From Basidiobolus meristosporus CBS 931.73 (lineage: Eukaryota > Fungi > Basidiobolomycota), in assembly GCA_002104905.1 (NCBI GenBank), contig MCFE01000152.1, forward strand, positions 89,079 to 153,078: 64,000 nucleotides of DNA, written 5' to 3'. This document shows positions 13,078-29,268 of the stretch, piece by piece (the stretch's first letter is position 1; each line of letters begins with the position of its first letter). Below the pieces are notes generated by a model. The model made no database searches. It had not been told where the DNA came from and saw nothing but the letters and a program-made list of their open reading frames with translations. The position numbers and the translations under genes are program-made.

Positions 13078-13285
13078 TGTAATTACACCTAGATACTCAC
13101 ATAACTTGGTTACTAGGATCATAGTTCAAAAATCTGAGAGAATTTTGGCCAAGTTTCTTATTGGGATATACTTAGAATATTCCCACTAAAGTAATAGGTA
13201 CACAGAACATAAGAAATCTCAAGGTTATTCAAGCAACCACTAACTTTGCACACATATTCTTATGACCTTCCTAAGCATATTCTAA
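13078..13285 (+). repeat. Second, diverged partial copy in tandem
   Basis: AATTACACCTAGATACTCAC..ACTTTGCACACATATTCTT..GACCTTCCTAAGCATATTCTA. Confidence 0.7.
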
Positions 13286-14104
13286 CTCCCAGGAACAAGC
13301 AAAAAGATATATATATATAGGTCAGGTAAATACTATATATGTAGGAGTAGGCTAAGCATTTAAAACAATAGATGCATGTAGCAACGTAAACTAGTCGCTG
13401 ATAAACTACTTATGGAACATTAGCAATTTCCTTGTGTCCTAGTTTCACCTGCAGCTTTAGCTTTGTGAAAGTATCCTCTACCAGGCTTATTCTATGATAT
13501 TATTCATACAAATGCGCCACCAATGGTTTCAACAATGAAAACCGAGACCCATTGTTGCATCCGGTGGCTGCCGCAGCATCACTAGAACAGTCCTCCATAT
13601 CACGTGCTAGTTCCACGAAAAACCATAACGGCTCATGCCGATGAGAAGCCAATAGATTTGGATTACATAATCCAAGCCAGTGTATATGCATCGCGTTCTT
13701 ACCACTATCTATAGCCAATCATTTCAATCAAAATCATGACAATCCAAACTAATACCACGAGCGGCATTCATGGAATATGAAACCAACATTTTCAGCATGC
13801 CAGTGAGCTAGGATTCACAATCATCGGCAGAGCCAATCACTCCCGTAAATTCCGGCGACGGTTCACCTTTTTTAACTTCTGGATTCGAGCCTAGTGCGTT
13901 GAATCACGCGTCGATAAACCATACATCACCAGAATGATGGTTAGGTGGACACCGGTGAGCGTAAGATGGAAAAAATCCCACATATACTTTATTTTGCTGT
14001 ACGGTTGGAGGAGAATGACGGTGATGAAAGTATGCTGCTAAAACTAGCTAGACTTCTATACATAATATACAGAGCCAGAGAAAGACAGTAGACAAGAAAA
14101 ATGC

Positions 14105-14542
14105 TTATATAGTGTAAGTTTCTCCACGAAGTCTTCTCGCCAAGTAAATATCTTTGGTTTGAATGGTAACACGCTTAGCATGGATCGCGGCTAGATTGGT
14201 GTCCTCAAACAGGCCCACTAGGTAAGCCTCCGTTGCCTCCTGAAGTGCAGCAATGGCAGTACCTTGAAAGCGAAGATCACTCTTGAACTCGCTCGCAATT
14301 TCACGGACTAGTCTTTGAAAGGGAAGTTTGTTGATAAGGAGCTCGGTGGTTTTTTGATAACGTCTGATTTCTCGAAGGGCAACCGTTCCAGGTCTATACC
14401 GGTGGGGTTTTTTCACCCCGTATGTGCGTCTGCTTGCTGTAACGGCATTCAGGGTGTTCTTACGTGCGATCTTGGGGATCAGCTGCTTTCTTGGCACTTT
14501 ACCGCCGGTTGACTTTCGCGCGGTTTGTTTGGTTCTGGCCAT
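14105..14542 (-). CDS. H3: Divergent histone H3 variant, 145 aa, intronless
   Basis: [52 protein letters not shown]; the true ATG is at 14542. Confidence 0.95.
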   Translation of the reverse strand: MARTKQTARKSTGGKVPRKQLIPKIARKNTLNAVTASRRTYGVKKPHRYRPGTVALREIRRYQKTTELLINKLPFQRLVREIASEFKSDLRFQGTAIAALQEATEAYLVGLFEDTNLAAIHAKRVTIQTKDIYLARRLRGETYTI

Positions 14543-16204
14543 AATAAACTGGTAGCTTTGTGTGTGTGTGCACGTGTGTCTGCTAAATAAATAAAATGAA
14601 GTGCAATCTGTTGGAAAGAGAAAGTTAAACACCTGCCGATTTTTTTGATCGTAATATATATGCTTTTGACAAATGGGGGTTGTAGCCAATGATCATGCCT
14701 CTCGATATAGTTGCCTTTAATTCGAGTTTAATAAAGGGTCATGAGTGAATCAGATGCACTTTAACCAATATAAAACTGGTTTCTCTAAAATTGATGCATT
14801 AGCATTTGTATTGTCACTATGGATCGAGGAATGTTCTATGGAACACCTAATTCCACTCTAAAGAGCTCTTTATGGCCAATATGCATGTCACTTGAGGGAA
14901 GTGACTTGCCTAGGCTCAGCAATGGCAATGAAGCTGATTCAGCTTGCAAATACTTCTGAATAGAAGGTTGGTTTCCCAAGCTGAATCATGTGATAGGAAT
15001 TTCATTCACAAACACAGCAGATGCCAATGGGGATAAATGGAAGTAGTAACCCCATTGATTCTTGGATTAAAGCTCAGAGCTTTGGCACAGTAAATGCAAT
15101 AGTCTCTTATAATTGGATAGTATACTACTTGACAAAGCATTACCAATTTACTTATAGGCATTTCAATATCCAATAATATTAGGGAGATTCCATACCAGTA
15201 CTGTGTTAGGGAGGTGCATGATTGCCTACACTCCAAAGTATGGGGTTTCAGTACTGATGTGGAAGATAGTGATTTAGATCATCAGATAGTACCACAAGCC
15301 CTTACACCAAATTTGAAACTCACTGATAGTGCAGTTAAAGCAGCATGGTGCATTTGTAAATGGAATACAAGGGTACCAGAGTATTTGTATTTTTGAAGGT
15401 GTTGGTGTCTTTCTTTTGCTTGCAGAGCCTAGAGCATACCTTAGCATCCTCCGAATATCCTTCTGCCCGCAGGTAATTCATACCTAGTGGGCTTCATTTG
15501 GGTAGGTGATCATAAGCGATGCGCTCATGCAATTTCAAAATATATCTCCATCATCACAAGCTATCAATGACTCAGCTTCCGAGTTGGGCTTCCGTAAGGG
15601 ATGAGGGATGGTGAAGATTCTTCTGGAATGATCAGAATTCACGATTTGCCTGATGGCAATTTTGGGGTGGGATATGATCGATTTTGGGAGCAATATCCAA
15701 TAATATCGGCAAAGCGGATCGAGAATAGATGCGGTTGATGGCAGACATTTGCACAAAAAGCCCTGGTCAACCAAGTGTTTCAACTTAAAAAATCAATAGG
15801 ATTGTCCCATCTTCTAGGTTCATCCACATTTTGATAGGCAGTTGCTGTGGCACATCCATTCTGCTAGTATTGATACTTGTCTACGCCATTCATATCTGTA
15901 GAAGGTAAGGTGGATTCACACAGTCTTTCCTTGCCTACCTTGAGTTTCGTGACACGATTTCCAAGCCGTAGTTACTGGCACTTCCCACCATTCAGTTTTT
16001 CAAAACGGCCCGCTTCTCCTTTCATCTTGACAACTGTATTATTGAGTAGTAGTGTTTCTAATTCGCGCTCTTTAAATACCAGAACATCATCTACCGTATC
16101 CACGTAGCCACACTTCAGTCGGAGCCATTTCCATTGTATTGCTCGCACTTGCGCGTCCTTATTGAGCAGCCCGTTTTCCAGACCATTCTATAATTTTAAT
16201 ACTA

Positions 16205-19200
16205 ATGGATCCATCCGATACCATCCTCGACAAAAGCCCTCCACAGTATGGTACTGCAAGTTTTCTTCAATCTTTCCTGGTTGTCCAAACTAACCTATCT
16301 TGATGTCTTCCCTTACAGAAGCGTCTCCCTCTCCCTCAGAGCAGTATGATGCTATCCAGCCTCTTGTAAATTCGCCACTTCAAGTGGGGGAGACTCGATA
16401 TCTACTTGACTTCAAGTGGTACGAGGAATGGCAGGAATATGCCACAGAGAAGTCTCTGGTTTCACCTGGACCTATCGACAACACCTCTCTCTTTAACGAC
16501 AGCTCATTCACTACGTTGAAGGAATGGTTGAGCGTCGATATTGACATAATCCCTGTTCCCGAGGATGCCTGGGAGAAGTTGGTGCTTTGGTAAGGGTTCT
16601 TTTATATCGGGTGGCAAGCAGAAGCAGTCTGGGACTGCACCCTTCTGTCTCTACCTTCACAAGCCATATTAATCCTTTGACTCCGAAGGTATGGTTCTCT
16701 CACACCCGAGATTATCCGCCCGGTCATCAAAGGTTCTGCACAAGAGGCTATCATTGAGGTTTACCCTTGGGAGGTCAGCTTAGTGCGTATACTTCCACCA
16801 TCTTCTTCTCTGCTCAGCAAAAAGGCACTAAAGTTACAAATAAGTAAAGGGTGCACGATTTCGGATCTCCGATTCAAGGTGATTGACAAACTGGAGATTG
16901 AGGGGGAAATGAAGCTCTGGAAGTTCGGGGAGGATGTGCCAGAAACCTCCTTTATCAAAGCTGATCAGCTGGAGAGTGCCCAGCCTATCGAGGCCAAATT
17001 TGACAGCAAAACCATCCAAGAATTTGGACTTCACTTGTACGACGCAATAGGCGTAGAGGTGAAGGAGCATGGGAAGTGGCCCACCGGATACGTACCTCAA
17101 CCTGTGGTTGCCTCTTCCAATGGCCTGCCAAACAGCACCCCCAACTATACCATCTCCTCATATTCGCCTAGAGCCACTATCCAGCCCTCCAAACCCCGTG
17201 GTGTCACCGGGTTATCCAACCTGGGCAACACTTGTTTCATGAACTCTGCTCTCCAATGCTTGAGCAACACCAAGGAGCTTAAAGAATACTTTGTCTCTGG
17301 AATGTACAAGCATGAGCTCAACAAGACAAATCCTCTGGGGATGAATGGGGAGGTTGCCGAAGCGTTCGGAAGTTTGGTTGAGAGGTTGTGGAGCGGGATG
17401 AACAGTTCTATTGCGCCCAGAGAGTTCAAATTGACCATCGGCCGATTTGCCCCTTCGTTCATGGGCTACCAGCAGCACGACTCGCAGGAGTTCATTGCGT
17501 TCTTATTAGATGGTTTACATGAGGACCTGAACCGAATCTACGACAAACCATACATAGAGAAGAAGGATTCCGATGGTCGACCCGATGCCATTGTCGCCGA
17601 GGAACACTGGCAAGTTCACAAATCTCGTAACGACAGTGTCATCGTGGACATGTTTCAGGGCCAGTACAAGAGCACCTTGATCTGTCCTGAGTGTAACAAA
17701 GTCTCGGTCACCTTCGACCCCTTCATGTACTTAACTCTTCCCATCCCTGTCTCCAAAGAGTTAAAGCTTGAGGTCCATTTCGTCCCTCTCGACCCAGCCA
17801 AGCGCCCTCTCAAGCTCAATTTGAAGATGCCCCATGGAGGCACCCACAAGGCCATGAAGGAGAAGATAGGCTCCATGCTAAATGTTGCTCATGAGAATAT
17901 TGTCACGTGCGAGGTCTATACTTCCCGCATCTACAAGGTCTTCGAGAATTCGGACAAATTGAACGAGATTGGTGTGAGTGACACGATTTATGCATATGAG
18001 CTCCCCGTAGCCTTCCCACCGAATCGTGGCTCTGGGTGTGTCATTTTGTCAGTGCTGAACGCGTATTCCAAGCAAATCTCCACCTCCTCCTTCGGTGCCT
18101 CCCGTGCTATCCCCGACTTCTTCGGCGTGCCACTTCTTGTGGCCTTATCAGAAGACAAGATCTCAGAAGACGGCCTGGAGGAGGCTGTTCTGGAGCAGTT
18201 GGCGAGGTATACTACTGTCGACTTGAGGTCTTTGACTCCAGCTGAGCTGACTTCACTCAAGCGTGAGGATACCACAAACGATGTTGAGATGGACGATGTG
18301 GAAACCAACCAACAGCGTATAGAGGAGATAAACGACGAGGAGCTTGTTACCAAGGAGGAGGATGTAGCGCCGTTGGAGGAGTCGGATTCGGAGACCCCGG
18401 TGAAAAAGTTCAAGAAGGCGGATCCCAAGCTATTCGAGATGAAAATCAGCAGCCAAAGCTCAGGCCGCAGCATTCCCGCCAACTTCACCCTGTCCAATTT
18501 GATTAGCCTTAGCAAAAGGAGACAAGATGTGGACGAGGCCAAAGAAGTCACCCAGCTTCCTTTCCTCAAACTTGGAGACACGATTGTCTGCGAATGGGAG
18601 CGTGAGGTCGCGAACCATGTTTTCGGTGACTCTAGAAATGAGATGGATACCGATGATGTTAGAGGCGGGCTTTGGAGCACGTTCGAGGTCTTTGTGGACC
18701 CCAACGAGAAGCCGGTCGAAAAGTCCCAAGAAAAGAAGGATATCACGCTTGATGACTGTTTAGAGGAGTTTGTCAAGGAAGAGCAACTAGGGGAGGAGGA
18801 TCCTTGGTATTGTCCCAACTGTAAGAAGCACCAGCAAGCCTTGAAGAAGTTTGATCTGTGGCGGTTGCCGGACTTTTTGGTGGTCCATTTGAAGCGGTTT
18901 TCACACACGCGTAGTTGGCGTAACAAAATCGACGTGGTTGTGGATTTCCCCATCAACGATCTTGACCTGTCCTCTCGCGTGCTCGGGGAGAGGATTGATG
19001 AGAACGGCCTGATATACGACCTGTATGCCATCTCTAACCATTATGGCGGCTTGGGTGGTGGGCACTACACCGCATATGCATACAACTCCGAAGAGGAGCG
19101 GTGGTACAACTTCGACGATTCCATGGTAGAGCCGGTCAACGTGGACTCCATCAAGACCACTGCGGCATATCTGCTGTTTTACAAACGTAGAGGCGCTAAA

Positions 19201-19398
19201 TTCCAGCTCCCTGACCTGGCACAAATCCAACGCCAGCCGGAGCCAGAAGCCACCAACGGAGATGCGGACCAGATGCAACTCACACCATTCAACCCCAGTG
19301 TCGGAAACCCGGATCAGATTGGGTACAGCGATGATGAGCTGGACAAGGACATGGAGATATCGATGTCGGATAGCAGATCAAGCCCGGATTTCATGTGA
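16205..19398 (+). CDS. UBP12: Ubiquitin C-terminal hydrolase of the USP4/15/Ubp12 type (DUSP + UBL + split catalytic domain); exons ~16205-16250, 16319-16589, 16689-19398
   Basis: DUSP-like YLLDFKWYEEW..PGPIDN; Cys box GLSNLGNTCFMNSALQ; QQHDSQEF; His box HYGGLGGGHYTA..WYNFDD..AYLLFY. Confidence 0.93.
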
Positions 19399-19649
19399 GT
19401 TCTTCAGCCTGCGAGCAGCTTCCGTTTCCAACCTCTATTTATCAGCGCATTCTATGGCTAGTCTTTTTCCAGAAACTATGTACTACTCATTGATAAAAGA
19501 AATATTCCACCTTCATAAAACGCGGGGTCACATATTGTATTATTGGCCTAGCATAGCTCAAAAATCCAGATTACTTTTATTGTACGTGGGTTGGAACAGG
19601 GATCGGAGACATGTCTAGCATTAATTTAACTCTATACCGAATGTTCTCG

Positions 19650-22600
19650 TTAGCGGTTGATCAAAAAGATATCACTCGATGTTGGTGGCTATTCTTTGGA
19701 GGCCAGGTGCCCGTTGTTCCTTTCGAACCAGTAGTCATTGGTAAACCTCCAAATCCTTGATCTCGTGTCCCGGTCTCGATCCTCAATAAACCATCGCGGG
19801 TGCCACTGGGCGCTTGGCGCAGGCCGTTTCTCGAGCTTCTGGTTTTCCAATCTACTCTTCTCTATCTGGCCATTTTCGAAGTATCTTATATCGTGCCGTA
19901 GCCTGGAGTCGGTGTCCGGCAGGTATGGGATTAACCCGATGGGCAGTTCGTTCAACGACATCATGAATGGGGAGATGATGCTCTGTTGACTCTCGACTCG
20001 CCAGAGTAGCCTCACACTAGGGTCGGCGGACGATAGGGTGCATGGACAGGTATCACTGGGGAAATCACTCAGCCGGTATTGGCTTAATGGCTTCACCTCC
20101 TCTTCGGTGTCTAGGCTGGAAACCATCTCCCGAGCCACCAGGTACTCATTCCATTTGCCGTACATTTCCCAAGTAATCTTACTGTCAGCTGATGCAACAT
20201 ACCCCTCAACCACGTTCATCTCGCCTTGCAGGGTGTGGGGCTTGAATCGCAAGAGGCACATTTCATTGGTGGTGTGATTCCTTATGATCATCTCTCCATA
20301 ATTCTCCACCTCCACAGCTCCCATAATGAGATTGTGGATTTTGGTGGTGACTCTATTCCAGCTGTAGCGCTCTTCCCTTCTAGGCCTCGTGGGATGGCTC
20401 GCCTCGTCAGCAGCAGTGGGAAGTCTTAGGTAAAGATGATTGGTCCCTTCGGCAGAGACATCAACGGATTTCCCGCGAAATTTGCTCTTCAGTTCCAATT
20501 CCGAATGTAATTTGTAGTTGACCGATTCGCAGTGGCTTGCAGAGATGGGCTGGTTCGCGAACGGAACAGGGAGTTGAGAAGGTGTCAACAGCACCACGAA
20601 GAGGAGAAAAACCACCTACCGGGTTTGTGCAAACCTGCTCGGACATATAGCGGTATCCCTTGTCTCGGTTTACGTATTCGTATGTTTCTCCCTGGGATGG
20701 CACGGATGGTAAGCACATGGAGTGGCATCCAAATTAACACTACTTACTAATAAAGGGTTGAATGGTTTTCGGAATCGTTTCTGGGTACTGGCGTAGCTGC
20801 TCATGGCGAATATCGTGACCCAGAGCAGACGCTCGGTAGAATCCTCTTGCGCGGCTGCCGTATCTAGAAGCTCACTGTATTCCATCTGCTCGGCAAATCT
20901 CTGCAACATCGACAGAGGCTCGTGTAGCTGAATGGGGAAGTTCATCCGATGGAGGTCCTTCACCATGGATCCTTTCATCACTGTCCACAGTGAGACGTCT
21001 TGGATATGGTAGAGTGGGATCGACAGGAGTTGCCGAAATTGAGTTGGATATCCGCTACTCGACCGTAGAATAGACCTACTCAGATTCTGGTTGAAATCCT
21101 GGAGCGACCTGATCATCTCGGTGGTCAACCCGGAGTCTGTGGCATCGTAGAACTCCTCTTCCACCTCCCCGGACGCTTCCGGGCTGCTTTGGTGCTCCAC
21201 ATTTCCTAGCACACCTGTCAGATCGGTATTTTCCGTACTTCTGAATACAGATTGTAACTGGTGGTTATCCGCGACCAACGCCCGGAAGCTCTCGGTCCAG
21301 ATATCCAACTGCCGCACCTCCCGGCGATACTTCTTGGACCAATACATCTCCCTTTCCGAGGCCATCCGGATCACCTCGCTGATGTGCTTTCGAATCTTCT
21401 TGAACGAATTTCGCAACCACACCTCGGTCTCTTTGTCCACGGGGCAATTCTTGTAGACCAAATCCATCCTGTCGCGATACCTTTCCCATTCGTTGAAAAC
21501 ACTGGAGACAGAGCAATGGTACTCCTCTGTGGTTGGGAGGTCGAGCTCTTCATCGGAAGAGTAGGAGTAGGTGGAGTCCTGGGTGGAGACAGAAGAGGCC
21601 CTTTTACTTTGTTCCCGTACGCTTCCAGTGGAGGAGGATTCAGATGTCTCCGGTGTGCTAGGGGAATTGCTATCGACACCAAGCTCTCTTCTGTTGCTAG
21701 GGGCTGCATCTGGGTCCTTCAAGTTTCCTTCGTCCAAACGTTGTTTGGATTTTGTCAATGCCAATACCCATCTTTTCACTTCCATCGCATGGTCAGCGCG
21801 TAAGCGGTACTTGGCAGTCCCAGGGCCAATAACATCAAACCTGGTAAGGTCGTTCGGGTCTATCCATATCCTGGCAAAGCGGAGGTTGATCGCTCCTCTG
21901 CAGGAGTTCTCCGCCTCGTGGCGGCTCTTGTAGTAGGACAGAACCCCTAGAGAATCCGAAGCATCAGAGGGACATATTCATCTCTCTATGACATATGAGG
22001 AAGCCCACCGTTTTCCAAAATGAACCAGCGTCGCTTGTAGCCGGTCGTGAAGTTCATCCACTTCATCAGGGTGCCTGACAGTCGAGGATGGTGCCCAGGG
22101 GCGTGCGGGTTTGAATCATTCGGCACTAGGTATAGTGATGTGGTTAGGCCCAAGAACTGCCCAGCATCTATGGGCGACTCAGTAATCTCATACCTTCCTT
22201 CAACACCCCTTTGACACGGTCGCTTCTAGCCACATCGATGGGCAACTTGCCCATTCTATCTCTTGCAAACACATTCGCCCCCCTCTGCATCAACCAGACC
22301 ACCAGGTCGGCATTTCCCAACCTGGCCGCCTCGTGTAGTGCGGTGGAACCGGTTCTGGGATCCTGAAGGTTGAGATCCACCAAGTTGCGCGTTCGATTGT
22401 TCTCGTAGAGCTTGGCTAAGCTGGCAAAATCCAGCTTCCTTACGAACTCGGCTACTCGTTGGTTAGTATAGCGTACAAACTCCTGCCTGTTTTCTGTGGA
22501 AAGCAGTGATGTTTCCGGTCAATGGATTAGTATCCCGGAGATGAATGGATTGATGTTAGACGGCCGTGAGGGGCGCGTGATTGCTGCAAATACCTTCTAT

Positions 22601-23104
22601 GCACTGGATGATCTCTGAACAGTTGGTCATGTCAATTGCTTGGTATCCGTCGTTGTTCAGGCATGTGTCATCGACCCTTGAGCAGTTCATTAACAAACGA
22701 ACAATGTCAGGTCGGCAGGATTTGGCGGCCAGATGAAGTGGTGTGTTGCCATGCTGGTCTGGTTGGTTGATGTCTAGCCGAAATTCCGGATTCAACAGAT
22801 ACTCTATCATGGAGTATCCGCTGCTTCCGATGGCAACGTGAATTGGATAGATCTTATCCAAGCTGCCCTCGGCTCTGGACACTTGAAGTACCTTGGCGAC
22901 TTTGACTCGATCGGCTGAAAACAAGATTCGTCAAAACCTTATCTCGGCAGTAAAGAGGCGCTCCTTACCTTCCCGCAACGCCTCCAGCAACTGAAAGGTG
23001 AGTATAGCGTCATTGATGTCTGGGGCCTTTGTGACGGAATTGGCATCGCAATGCACCGATTGAATGTCCTCGTGCCTTGAGGAGTGTCTTGATCTTGCCG
23101 ACAT
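19650..23104 (-). CDS. Oxysterol-binding protein-related protein with ankyrin repeats, PH and ORD domains (Osh1/Osh2 type), multi-exon; in-frame TAG at 19689-19691
   Basis: Ankyrin motifs (GNTPLHLAAK, GSTALHEAARLG), PH motif (KWMNFTTGYKRRWFILENG) and ORD motifs (PIQLHEPLSMLQR, KPFNPLL/GETYE, DSRLRHDIRYFENG). Confidence 0.88.
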
Positions 23105-25243
23105 TGTGGATGCAAATGTGTCGGTGGCAAAATGAAATCCTATCGAGGGCTCTTGACAGTGTACCGATGAAGCTTCGAGTTCGGCGAGATTCGCTCCAAG
23201 CACAATGAATGATATCCGCCTCGTGTAACTGTGATCAATGGGAGAGATGTGGTAAGGTAAGGTATGGTAATAAAGGAGTGCTGTGGAGGCCGGCACAATC
23301 AATTCAGTGGGCGAGTGAGTGAGAAGTTGGGACAAATACGTGAAACAGAGGTGTCCCAACCATACTTATGTGGAAATTTCAGGAGATGCTTGGCACTAGG
23401 CCCGCATCAAACCTGAAATTCGTGATCGTTCATTCAGCAAGTTCTAAATTCTAGGGCTAATTGCCAAATACGTAAGGTGTCAGAAATGACTGCTCTAACT
23501 TTAATCCCATACGACCGAGTGTGTCTTATTTCCCCATTCAACCCTTTTAGAAGCAAATTATAGCCAAACTCCACTTATATTATACTTGAATATGCTTGAT
23601 TGCAATTGCCTTGCTCTCCCTAGCCCTGTTTGATTAGTCCACCGGAATTGATCAGCTGTATTTGAATCGTTGTCATTCTACTGACGGACCCAAGATGGCT
23701 AATCACCCACTCATTTGTCTATATTTTTCCCCATCGGAAGGATCACGGGGACTTCATTTACTCCAAGGACATGAACGTGCGTGCATACCAGTTTGCTCCT
23801 TACGAAAGATGTCAATGTACACCTCCCTATACCTCTGAAACGTGCGAGGTCCAACAGGAATCTTGTCTAGTGAGCAGCGAGTTCTTGAGGCATTAACAAA
23901 CACAAGGATATGTTGAAACCACCAACCATCCCATTCTTGCATGGATACAGGAAGCATTCATATGAAATTGACGCATCAGTTCAAAGGAGTCAGGTGACAA
24001 GAGATCTGGAAATCGTCGCAGACTGTGGCCAACTCAAGAGTCCAGCGATGGCCAGGAAAGGGAACCAGTCAACTGCAGGAGGGGCGTCTAGCCGCCCTAG
24101 GAGTGGAGGTGCCATAGCTCAAGATGTCTGCAGGCAATGCACAATCCTGTGAGTCGCCATCCCCTCACACTATACTATGAAGAGCATGAAATGGATGCGC
24201 ACTTATCTGCTATCTCCTTTATCTTATCAAGGGTTCCAGCCATCTCTTCGTATGGCGCCACTTGCCTCGATCCTGTTGGGATTTGGAAGCATCGCAGCCA
24301 AGCGTCAAGCTTCTTGGAGCCGCCTAATCTATCGACAATTGCCTGAGGTGTACTTATGCGGCTGCTGGCTGACCTCAGCAGGTTGGTGTCAAGTCAGAGA
24401 ACGCAGGCTTAATCATCTCCCTCACATTGTAGCGGCTTCCACCTGATGTGGAACAAGGGATTGCTTTTGTTTAGCAACTCTTGCATCTGTGGAGTAACCC
24501 GAACTGTTCCCCAATAATGGAAGTTAATAAACCGTTAGGTATCAACAAATCCAAAATCACCGTGATGTCACTTCCGATGTGCACGGCTGGTCACATTCTC
24601 CCTACTTGGGCATCGCTGATTGGCCACACCCAAGACAATCCTGAGGCACTACCATCAAGTGTATAAAGGCTCATAGGTTGGAATAGACCCAACATGCGCT
24701 GCTAGATGCCTTTACGGGATATCAGTGAACACCTTATGATATCACGCCAGTGGGATTCGCCAGCCACCTGGCTGCGATTGTGGCAAGGCATCCACATGTG
24801 CATAAATCCACAGTCGAACGAAGTCCTACCAGCTTGTCGGAATTGCTAGCATTCAGCACACCTGGTATCGGGAACGATGGATTTAAGGTTTGGGATGTTG
24901 GAACCCTAGCACATCATACCATCCATAATCCAAGCCACCAACAATCATGCCCAAGGATGCGGTCCAAATCGACAAATTACTTGGAGCATACGAATTCCGA
25001 TTGCTCGCCATGTCACCATCCATAACCAGCGCTACCTCGGGCCGTGAGAATCAAGCTCTTCCATACAATGCACACTCGTCAATGTTCGTTGGGTACCCGA
25101 ATGGCTGACGAATTTATTTAGAGATACAGTCCATAGGGACTAGCTTGATTAGTATGAACAGGGGAAGATGCGAGAGTCGCTAGACGCTCTTCAATTCTAA
25201 AAGGGATATAGTGCATGTCAGCAGTATGTGAACGATATATGAC

Positions 25244-25693
25244 CTAGTAGGCTGCTTGATCCGCAGCGATTGTACCCAAACAGCAGCATTCAGCGCATTG
25301 AATTGCCCCACAGCAAGCAAGAGTATAGCAAGGGCAACACAAGGGATTCTCGAAAGCACCACGGCAACACCACCAGGTCAATGCAAACACGATAATGATG
25401 AAGAGGGCAATGGCGATCCCAATCACGATCCAGTGATACCCGTGCTGGGTGAAGCTGTTCTGGCGTTTCAAGAGGTGGCCATGGCTCTGTGCGGAAGAAT
25501 CTATCTCGACGGAGTTCACCACGAGAAAGATGAGGAGCAGAGTGGTGAATACTCCGGCGATGATCTTTCTCTTGTTGCCGCAAAGAAACTCCCATCGGCC
25601 ACGAGATTTATGTTGGCAGCTGGAAGACTTCTCTATGTCCATTTTGGAGATGTCTGGGAGTGTGACAGGTCTGTAAGGTATGGCGGAATTCAT
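25244..25693 (-). CDS. Small membrane protein with two hydrophobic segments and a Cys-rich C-terminus
   Basis: IIAGVFTTLLLIFLVV and WIVIGIAIALFIIIVFALTWW, followed by CCRG..LCCPCYTLACCGAIQCAECCCLG. Confidence 0.7.
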   Translation of the reverse strand: MNSAIPYRPVTLPDISKMDIEKSSSCQHKSRGRWEFLCGNKRKIIAGVFTTLLLIFLVVNSVEIDSSAQSHGHLLKRQNSFTQHGYHWIVIGIAIALFIIIVFALTWWCCRGAFENPLCCPCYTLACCGAIQCAECCCLGTIAADQAAY

Positions 25694-26006
25694 ATTCTCG
25701 ACTCAAAGATTTCTCTGCTGGCAATGGTTGGAAACGGCCATTCTTATATACCTTTGGATGGAGAGTGAAAAATGCTCATGATGTAACATGCTCTATACGT
25801 CATATGGTAAAATTTCCATATGGAGCAGGCACTATTTTTACCTCCATGAAACATCAATCAATTGATGTTGGAACCATTATTGAGCTGTAGACAATGGATT
25901 TATTTTGGACGCAACTCCTGTGCTGATGATACATCAAGGACCCTGATAATCATATTGTATCGGGGCCTATTGGAAATTGATTCCCAGTGAGAGGAATGGT
26001 TGGTGG

Positions 26007-29268
<3,262 letters not shown>

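Noticed and set aside
14105-14689. 194-aa N-terminally extended H3, or CENP-A
   Set aside because: The extension is promoter/UTR-like sequence with a TG microsatellite. The canonical MARTK starts at 14542 and loop 1 is not lengthened.
14880-15800. CpG-poor and ORF-like fragments between H3 and UBP12
   Set aside because: Possibly a TE or gene relic, but I could not assign it.
17988-19031. 347-aa antisense ORF, and similar antisense ORFs over the OSBP, GPI and LINE genes
   Set aside because: Shadow frames of well-supported opposite-strand genes; no motifs.
23750-24450. Cluster of short overlapping ORFs upstream of the OSBP gene
   Set aside because: No motifs; likely decayed or non-coding.
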